The translations under genes and the position numbers were made by a program. From a virus (Duplodnaviria > Caudoviricetes): 40,448 nucleotides of DNA. Under the pieces are notes generated by a model that saw nothing but the letters and a program-made list of their open reading frames with translations, was not told where the DNA came from and did no database searches. Of the stretch, positions 33,704-40,448 are shown in pieces. The DNA is taken from IMG/VR virus record IMGVR_UViG_3300006046_000012, positions 1-40,448 of that record. One strand, given 5' to 3'. The first letter of the stretch is position 1; every line of letters starts with the position of its first letter.

Positions 33704-35178
33704 GGGCGCTGGGCGAGTGGACGCCGGACGTGGCGGATCTCAATACCGACACGCTGGATGTCGCCCGCAATGTCCTTCCTGGGGTAAACTCCTACCTGCC
33801 CGCTCCCGGCCTGATCGCGCATTCCGTCACGGCCCTGCCGCTGCCCTGTCGCGGTCTCTGGTATGTGCAGACGGCGGCGGGCGACTACGACATCTACGCC
33901 GCCACGAGCGCGAAACTCTACAAATACGATCCCGATACCGGCAGCTTCGCCGACGTGACACGGACGGTCGGCGGCGACTACGCGCTGCCGGCGGACGACT
34001 ATTGGAGCGGCGTGCAGTATGGCAATCGGCTCATTGTCTGCAATCTGGGCAATGAGCCGCAATTCATCGACGTGGATAGCGGCACGAATTTTGCTGATCT
34101 GCCGACTGCGCCGATCGCCCGCTTTGTCACCGTCATGGACGACCACGTCGTCCTCTCGCACCTCCTCACCAACCCGCGCGCCATCCGCTGGTCGGCGATC
34201 AACGACAGCGAGGACTACGCCTCCGGCACAGCCGGGTTTCAGGAGTTCGCCGATGCGGGCGAGGTGACGGGCTTTGCGCCAAACGCGCACATCCTGTTTC
34301 TGCAGCGTGGCCTGCGCGGCATTATCAGCACGGGCGACAAATACGCCTTCTCGTTCCCGATGATGAGCAGCGAGAAGGGCACGGTATCGCCCTGGAGCGT
34401 CATCGAGTTCGGCGCCATTGCCTACTGGCTCAGCGACAATGGCTTCTATGTCGGCAACGCCGAGCAGCAGAAGTCCATCAGCGAAAAGCGCATTTCTGGC
34501 TATTTTTACGACAATCTGAACCAGGGGGCGCTTACGCGGGTATTTGCGGCGTTCGACGCGCACGCTTCACGGATTTACTGGGCCTATGCGGCGGGCGACG
34601 AGGAGTGGAACGATCGCGCGCTGGTCTATGACTGGGGCCTCGATCGCTGGTCGGAGCTGGAGATCAACACCTACATCCTGTCGCGGCTGGCGACCGCGAG
34701 CGTGAGCCTCGACAGCGCCGGCCCGGACAGCATGGACATGGATCTACCGGGGCTGCCGAGTCTTGACAGTTTCTATTACCGCAGCGGCTCGCCGGTTCTG
34801 TCGGCGGTGGGCACGGACCTGCAACTCTCGACGCTGGAGGGGCCGAACCTGGCGGCGACGCTGCTCACTGGCTCGTATGAATTTCAGCCGGGGCGGCGGG
34901 TGCGCCTGCGCAGCGTACTTCCCTACATCGAGGAGAGCCGGCGGACGGTGGAAGGGCTCAATTATGAGCCGAGCACCATCACGGTAAAAGTGTCGAAGCG
35001 GCAGCGCTATGGCGATGCGTGGAGCGTCTCGTCGCCGGTTATGCAGCAGCGTTCCGGCTATTACCGCATGAATGCCGACGGGCATTTCCACCGCTTCCAG
35101 ATCGACATCCCGGCCGGCACGGACTGGCAGCACGCGCAGGGCTGGGAGGCGGACTTTGCACCGACGACGGGCCGATGA
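33700..35178 (+). CDS. Tail nozzle / DNA stabilisation protein (P22 gp10-like beta-propeller)
   Basis: GEWTPD N-terminus, IRWSAIND, GTVSPWSV, ALVYDW..RWS; synteny. Confidence 0.75.
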   Translation: MRALGEWTPDVADLNTDTLDVARNVLPGVNSYLPAPGLIAHSVTALPLPCRGLWYVQTAAGDYDIYAATSAKLYKYDPDTGSFADVTRTVGGDYALPADDYWSGVQYGNRLIVCNLGNEPQFIDVDSGTNFADLPTAPIARFVTVMDDHVVLSHLLTNPRAIRWSAINDSEDYASGTAGFQEFADAGEVTGFAPNAHILFLQRGLRGIISTGDKYAFSFPMMSSEKGTVSPWSVIEFGAIAYWLSDNGFYVGNAEQQKSISEKRISGYFYDNLNQGALTRVFAAFDAHASRIYWAYAAGDEEWNDRALVYDWGLDRWSELEINTYILSRLATASVSLDSAGPDSMDMDLPGLPSLDSFYYRSGSPVLSAVGTDLQLSTLEGPNLAATLLTGSYEFQPGRRVRLRSVLPYIEESRRTVEGLNYEPSTITVKVSKRQRYGDAWSVSSPVMQQRSGYYRMNADGHFHRFQIDIPAGTDWQHAQGWEADFAPTTGR

Positions 35179-35483
35179 AGGTCATCGACGCACGCAATCG
35201 CAACATCCAGGATCATGCCGAGGCGCTGTTTCTCTTAACGCGCGATCGCGACGACGTGGTGACGCTGACGCCGGGCGCGACGATCACCGCGGTGACTGAC
35301 CCAACCGTGACGCCGGATACCGTCTTCATCTTCGATCCGCTGACGGCAAATGCGGCAGCGGAACTCTATGCCGGGACAATGTATGTGCTGCCGGTAAATC
35401 GTTTCCTGGGCAGCTTTATCATCACGCACCTGAACGCCGGAACGACGGACAGAACTTTTCGCTGGCTGGCGGCTGGAGACTGA
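35175..35483 (+). CDS. Small tail-associated protein
   Basis: ATGA overlap; VTLTPGATIT..FDPLTANAA..GSFIITH..TDRTF. Confidence 0.7.
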   Translation: MKVIDARNRNIQDHAEALFLLTRDRDDVVTLTPGATITAVTDPTVTPDTVFIFDPLTANAAAELYAGTMYVLPVNRFLGSFIITHLNAGTTDRTFRWLAAGD

Positions 35484-35487
35484 CACC

Positions 35488-37506
35488 ATGGCAACGGGCG
35501 ACAATCCCTTTGGCGGCGCGAGCTCCGGGGGCAGCGGCGGCATGTTCGGCGGCGGCATGTGGGGCAGCCCGCAGCAGTCTCCGTATGGCGGTGGCTACGG
35601 GATGCAGTCGCCATACGGTGGGGGTGGCTATGGAGGCTACGGCGGCGGCTACGGCATGCAGAGCCCCTACGGAGGCGGCTACGGCGGTTTTGGCGGTGGG
35701 ATGCCATACGGGGGCGGCTACGGGATGCAATCGCCCTACGGGGCTTCTGGGGGCTATGGCGGTGGGTATGGCATGCAGTCTCCGTATGGGGGCGGCTACA
35801 GCCCCTACGCGGCACCGTATGGCTACAGCACCATGCCGCAGCAGACAGCGGCACAGCCGCAGGCATTAGCGGCTACGGCGACAGATACTGCAGCCGACTC
35901 TTCCGGGGATACGACGCCATCGTCGGACCCTGGCACTGGCGGCGGCGGGGGCGGGAGCTACAACATCAGCGGCAGTACCAGCACCAAGCAGATAAACGAG
36001 CCGTGGAACCCGCAGGCTAACCAACTGCAGTGGCTGTGGCTGGGCCAGCCCTCCTCGGGGGCGGATCAGGGTAGCAGTTTTACCGGCGCCAACGCGGAGA
36101 TGCAAAAGCAGCAGAAGGAAGGCCCGCTCGGCTTCGATCCGAACAGCGAGGCCGCCCTGCAGCGCATGCAGGCGCTGGCGACAGGGGCCAACCCACTGGT
36201 CGACTCCGCCACTGGAGCCACTCAGGGAGTGGCCTCGGGCCAAACCAATATCGGCACCGGAGGGATGTTCCAGAGCCTCTATCGAGATCCCGGCATCCAG
36301 AACCTGCAGCAATACCAGGACATGTATTCCAACCCGAATATCGGGGGCATCGATCAGTATGGCAGGATGGCCGGACAGAACGCTGTCGGCAATGCCGACC
36401 AATATTCCCAGATGATCGGGCAGAACGCCGTCGATACCCGCACGATGCAGGCCCTCGCGGGCATTACCGGGGTTAATCAGGACTACTACAAGAACATCCT
36501 GGGTGCGTCGGGCGTAGACACCGGAAACTACGGCGACATTCTCGGCAGTTCGCAGGGCGCTGGCTCGCTGGCCGGCGGCATGTTTGGGAACATCGCACGC
36601 GGCGGCCTCGTCAACGGCAATCCGTATCGCGAGCAGGCCATCCAAGACGCCATGGATCAGACCAGCGACCAGGTGAAGGCGACCATGTCTTCCCGTGGCC
36701 GCTACGGCTCGGACGCCTATGGCGATGCGATGGGCAAGGCACTCGGGCAGGTCGCGACGACTGCGAGAATGCAGGGCTATGACACCGACACCGCCAACAT
36801 GATGGCGGCGGCGCAGGCGCGAAGCGGCGAGGCGCTGTCGCGGCAGGGCATCGGCCTCCAGGCGGCGCAGGGCATTGCCGGCGCGCAGGGCCAGAACCTC
36901 ACTAACCAACTGACTGCGGCGGGCGGCATTGCCGGAGTGCAGGGGCAGAATTTTTCCAACAACCTGACCGCAGCGCAGGCTCTTATGAATGCCGGCAGCA
37001 CCAATGCGCAGCAGCGACTGGCTCAGATCCAGGGCCTGTCCGGCATCCAGGGGCAGAACTACCAGGCTCAGCTCGGCGCGCTAGGACAGATGAATAGCGC
37101 GCAGCAGATGGCCAATCAGCAGCGGATGACAGCGGCACAAGGACTGACGGCGGGGCAAGGGCAAAACTGGCAAAATCAATTGGGTGCAGCCAATGCTTTG
37201 ACCGGCGTCAATTCGCAGGACATCCAGAACCGGCTGGCGGCGGCCGGCATGGCGCCCGCCATGCAGGGACTGCGCTATGACGACAGCGGCAGGCTGCTGC
37301 AGGCGGGAGCCGCGCGCGAGCAGATGGCGCAGTCGCAAAAGAACTACAATTGGGATCTGCTCAATCGCTTCAGCGCCCTCAGTGGCAACGTGCCGGGCAC
37401 GGCCGGGACGAGCAAGTCAACAGAAAACACGCCGTGGTGGCAGAGCGCCTTGGGAGCAGCCGGTGTTCTAGGCGGTATCTGGGGCGCTGGTGCGGGAGGA
37501 GCGTAA
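35488..37506 (+). CDS. DNA ejection/pilot protein with an N-terminal Gly/Tyr repeat region
   Basis: GGAG SD; Q/A/G-rich; EPW, GNPY and GRYGS motifs; C-terminal GxxxG helix. Confidence 0.72.
   Translation: MATGDNPFGGASSGGSGGMFGGGMWGSPQQSPYGGGYGMQSPYGGGGYGGYGGGYGMQSPYGGGYGGFGGGMPYGGGYGMQSPYGASGGYGGGYGMQSPYGGGYSPYAAPYGYSTMPQQTAAQPQALAATATDTAADSSGDTTPSSDPGTGGGGGGSYNISGSTSTKQINEPWNPQANQLQWLWLGQPSSGADQGSSFTGANAEMQKQQKEGPLGFDPNSEAALQRMQALATGANPLVDSATGATQGVASGQTNIGTGGMFQSLYRDPGIQNLQQYQDMYSNPNIGGIDQYGRMAGQNAVGNADQYSQMIGQNAVDTRTMQALAGITGVNQDYYKNILGASGVDTGNYGDILGSSQGAGSLAGGMFGNIARGGLVNGNPYREQAIQDAMDQTSDQVKATMSSRGRYGSDAYGDAMGKALGQVATTARMQGYDTDTANMMAAAQARSGEALSRQGIGLQAAQGIAGAQGQNLTNQLTAAGGIAGVQGQNFSNNLTAAQALMNAGSTNAQQRLAQIQGLSGIQGQNYQAQLGALGQMNSAQQMANQQRMTAAQGLTAGQGQNWQNQLGAANALTGVNSQDIQNRLAAAGMAPAMQGLRYDDSGRLLQAGAAREQMAQSQKNYNWDLLNRFSALSGNVPGTAGTSKSTENTPWWQSALGAAGVLGGIWGAGAGGA
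35572..35808 (+). repeat. Coding tandem repeats (GGGYGMQSPYG x4)
   Basis: Four GGGYGMQSPYG units plus degenerate units; codons diverge between copies. Confidence 0.85.
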
Positions 37507-37509
37507 ACG

Positions 37510-38595
37510 ATGGCATACGTCGATCCGAACGCTCCGCAGCCGGTCTTCGGCCCCAACGCCTTCTCTGGCATGCAGGGCATGTTCGGCGGCCTGCGGCGCG
37601 GCTTCAATGCTGGCGGCAATGCGCTGCATCCCTACAGCAACCGGCTGATGCTGGCCGGCATGGGCTTGCTCAGCGGCAGGGACGGCATGGCCAACGCCAT
37701 GAAGGGGATGATCGCGGGCTCGGCGCTGGATGCGGAGGATGCCGATCGGACGAAGCTGAACGAACTTATCAAGGGATTGGAAAACGATCCTGAGAGCGGC
37801 GGCCTGATGGCGGGACTGACCGATGCAGAGCAGAACTATGTGAGGAACGATCCAGCGGCTTTGCGGGCGCTCATCGTCGGGAAGACGAGCGGCAAGAATT
37901 GGCAGCGACTTTCGGACGATACGATCTTCGATCCAAACTCTGGGCAGACACAACGGGTAGGCAGCGGCGGCGGTAGCTTCCTGAAGGGGAATGCGGCGGA
38001 AACGCAGGCTTTGAGATACTTGGTTGAAAGCGGCCAGATGACGGAAGACCAAGCCGCACAATGGGCAGCAGGCAAAACAATTAGCGGCCCGAATGGCGAG
38101 ATGCTCTTCATATCGCCCGACCAGATACTGGCTGCGGCCGGAATGAAAGAGGGTGGCGGCCCGGTCCAGATAACCGGCCCGAAAGCACCGACAGAGGAGC
38201 AGAGGAAGGCCAAGGGGTTCTATGAGCGGGCCAATGCTGCAGATAGTATTTTAGGAGATCCTGCTATTTCGCAGGGAACGTGGGACAGGAGCTTGTCCGC
38301 CGCCTTGCCAGAGGGGATGGCCCCCTATGTGACATCGACATCGTCCCAGCAATTCCGGCAGGCGCGAGATGATTTCATCAACGCCAATCTCAGGCGTGAG
38401 TCTGGAGCGGCAATTTCGCCAAAGGAATATGCGGACGCGGATCGGATATTCTTCCCGCAGCCCGGTGAGCCTGATGCAGTACTGAAGCAAAAGGCAGCGG
38501 CCCGCGCACGAGTTATCAATGCTCTGAAGGAGAGTTGGCAACCTGTGCCGGTTGGCAAAAATGGCCAGGACGACGATCCATTGGGATTACACTGA
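37510..38595 (+). CDS. Ejection/internal virion protein
   Basis: TEEQRKAKGFYERA..QARDDFINANLRRESGAAISPKEY..FFPQPG motif recalled from podovirus ejection proteins; GGAGG SD. Confidence 0.75.
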   Translation: MAYVDPNAPQPVFGPNAFSGMQGMFGGLRRGFNAGGNALHPYSNRLMLAGMGLLSGRDGMANAMKGMIAGSALDAEDADRTKLNELIKGLENDPESGGLMAGLTDAEQNYVRNDPAALRALIVGKTSGKNWQRLSDDTIFDPNSGQTQRVGSGGGSFLKGNAAETQALRYLVESGQMTEDQAAQWAAGKTISGPNGEMLFISPDQILAAAGMKEGGGPVQITGPKAPTEEQRKAKGFYERANAADSILGDPAISQGTWDRSLSAALPEGMAPYVTSTSSQQFRQARDDFINANLRRESGAAISPKEYADADRIFFPQPGEPDAVLKQKAAARARVINALKESWQPVPVGKNGQDDDPLGLH

Positions 38596-40448
38596 TGGCA
38601 AGCCTTGCAGAATTCCGGCAGAAATTTCCTCAATATGACGACATAGGCGACGAGCAGCTCGCGGGAGCGCTTCACAAGAAATATTACAGCGACATGCCGG
38701 AGGCAGAGTTCCGGGCGAAGATAGGACTTGCGGCTCCATCTGCGCCTCCCGAGCCTTCTGCCGCGCCTCTGCCACAGGGCGGCTCGTTCCTCGACCCCAT
38801 CATGTCAGGCATCATGATGGGCGGCTCGGACGAGGCCAAGGGTGGCGTGCGCGGCATGGGCCGCTACCTGTTCGGGGACAATCCCGGCAAGAGCCTGGGC
38901 GATCTCTACGTCGAGGAGCGGGACGCAGCCCGCGCCGATATGGGAGATTTCACGCAGCGGCATCCGGTCCTGTCGCCGACGCTGGAAATAGGCGGCGCGG
39001 TCGCCACCATGCCGTTCATTCCCGGCGGCTCTGCCGCGCGTGGTGTAGGCATCCTATCCCGCGTAGGACGCGGCGCCGCAGCGGGCGCGGGTCAGGGAGC
39101 GGTATATGGTGGTCTGAGTTCCGATGGCGACCTTATGGACAGGGCAAAAGGCGCCGGGCAGGGGGCGCTGTATGGCGCTGCCGGTGGCGCCGCCGCTCCG
39201 CTTGTCGTGCGTGGAGCGCAGGTAGGCTTGCGGGCCGCTCGGGACTATGGTGCGGCTCCCGCCGCGCGACTTGCACGCGACGCCCTCGCGAACGAGCGCG
39301 GCGCCAAGGCGCGGATCGGCAACGCCCTGGCAGAGGATGCGACAGTTCCGCAGCAGCCGCGACTGACGCCTGCCGACGAGGCTGTGGCGGCCAAGCATGG
39401 CGTGCCGGTCTACAATCTCGACCGGGGCGGTGAGCACACACGCGCGCTGGCGCAAAGTGCCGGCATTACCTCTCCGACCGGGCGGGCAACACTGAAGCAA
39501 GCCATCCTCGACCGCTTTCAGGGGCAGGGAGAAAGAACCGAAGGGGCGCTGCAGAACATCGTCGGCGGGGGCAATACGTTCGACACATTGGAAGCCCTTG
39601 GGCGGCAGGCGCAAAAGGAGAACCGGGGCAATTATGCCTGGGCCTATGGAGCGGGCGACAGGCCGATATGGTCTAACCAATTGGCGCGATTGACCTCCAG
39701 CAATGCCGTCAAGGCGGCGATGAAAAATGCCGTAGAGCGCGGCAATGACAGGGCGGTCGGGGAGGGCTTTGGCGGTTTTAATCCAGGTGTGAACGTCGAT
39801 CCTTCCGGCATTATCAAATTTCAGCGTGGAGCCTCTGGCACGCCGGCTTATCCGAATATCCAATATTGGGACTACGTGCAGCGTGAGTTGAGGGATGCCG
39901 CCAGTGCTGCGCGGAGGCGGGGAGAGAATGAGCAGGCGAGTGCACTAACCCAATTGCACTCGGCTCTGAATAAGGAACTCGACAAGCAGGTGCCGCAGTT
40001 CGGCAATGCACGCCGGGGAGCTGCCCGCTTCTTCGGCGCAGAAGACGCGCTGGAAGCCGGCCAGAAGTATGTGAAGACCGGCAGCACGATGTCGAGCGCC
40101 GAGGCGCAGGCCATCGTGAAGAAGATGTCTCCAGCAGAGCAGCAATTGTTTGCCGAAGGGGCCAAGAACGAGGTGGTAGCCCGCGTCGGCAAGCGTGGCG
40201 AAGGACGAGACATCAACCTGCTGTTCAACAACAAGGACATCAGGCAGCGGCTGCAGATAGCCCTCGGCCCCGCGCGGGCGCGGGAGTTTGAAGCTTACCT
40301 GCGGGTAGAGAGGCTGGTGGACAAGGCGCGTCCGACAGTCTCCGGCTTCAGCGATACGGCGAGGCTGCTAGGCGAAAGAGGACTGGCGGGCGGGGTTTCA
40401 GGCAGTCTCATGGGCGTTGGAACAGGCATGTACACCGGAGACTGGAAG
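38595..40448 (+). CDS. Large DNA transfer/ejection protein (continues at 11-298; about 713 aa in total; absent from the ORF track)
   Basis: TGATG coupling; MASLAEFRQKFPQYDDIGDEQLAGALHKKYYSDM N-terminus; the frame matches 11-298 across the terminal overlap. Confidence 0.8.
   Translation, partial: MASLAEFRQKFPQYDDIGDEQLAGALHKKYYSDMPEAEFRAKIGLAAPSAPPEPSAAPLPQGGSFLDPIMSGIMMGGSDEAKGGVRGMGRYLFGDNPGKSLGDLYVEERDAARADMGDFTQRHPVLSPTLEIGGAVATMPFIPGGSAARGVGILSRVGRGAAAGAGQGAVYGGLSSDGDLMDRAKGAGQGALYGAAGGAAAPLVVRGAQVGLRAARDYGAAPAARLARDALANERGAKARIGNALAEDATVPQQPRLTPADEAVAAKHGVPVYNLDRGGEHTRALAQSAGITSPTGRATLKQAILDRFQGQGERTEGALQNIVGGGNTFDTLEALGRQAQKENRGNYAWAYGAGDRPIWSNQLARLTSSNAVKAAMKNAVERGNDRAVGEGFGGFNPGVNVDPSGIIKFQRGASGTPAYPNIQYWDYVQRELRDAASAARRRGENEQASALTQLHSALNKELDKQVPQFGNARRGAARFFGAEDALEAGQKYVKTGSTMSSAEAQAIVKKMSPAEQQLFAEGAKNEVVARVGKRGEGRDINLLFNNKDIRQRLQIALGPARAREFEAYLRVERLVDKARPTVSGFSDTARLLGERGLAGGVSGSLMGVGTGMYTGDWK

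Larger units (their letters stand above)
1..40448. mobile_element. Complete temperate phage genome (P22-like podovirus, alphaproteobacterial host), circular/excised form
   Basis: Terminase, portal, scaffold, capsid, tail and ejection genes plus integrase, attP, cI/cro and a replication module. No tape-measure or sheath gene recognised. Terminal 10-nt overlap; no host housekeeping genes. Confidence 0.93.

Overview
The window is an apparently complete, circularly permuted genome (~40.44 kb) of a temperate, P22-like podovirus of an Alphaproteobacterium. The first and last 10 nt are identical, and a virion gene runs in frame across the join. The host is inferred from a gcrA homologue and the overall gene set. 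Modules: (1) virion/ejection and tail-fibre genes, 28.7-40.4 kb continuing to 0-7.3 kb; (2) a polyvalent ParB/ART-like protein; (3) an intact attP (3' half of tRNA-Pro(UGG)) next to a tyrosine integrase and xis; (4) a leftward early recombination operon (ninB, erf, HNH-AP2, small peptides); (5) a cI/cro switch; (6) a rightward operon with GcrA-like, DNA methyltransferase, DnaA-CTD, VRR-NUC, iteron-containing initiator and SF4 helicase genes; (7) small secreted/membrane genes, terminase, portal, scaffold and capsid. The most striking feature is a complete Zn-finger/HNH endonuclease gene hidden out of frame inside the methyltransferase gene. The methyltransferase frame stays open across it, and the inserted segment is bracketed by Cys pairs. 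Other oddities: a portal split at a TGATG junction followed by a poly-Pro linker, three copies of a REP-like repeat clustered on the portal, a ParB cassette flanked by direct repeats inside the polyvalent protein, and no recognisable endolysin. All product calls come from motif recognition and synteny by eye; no database searches were run.
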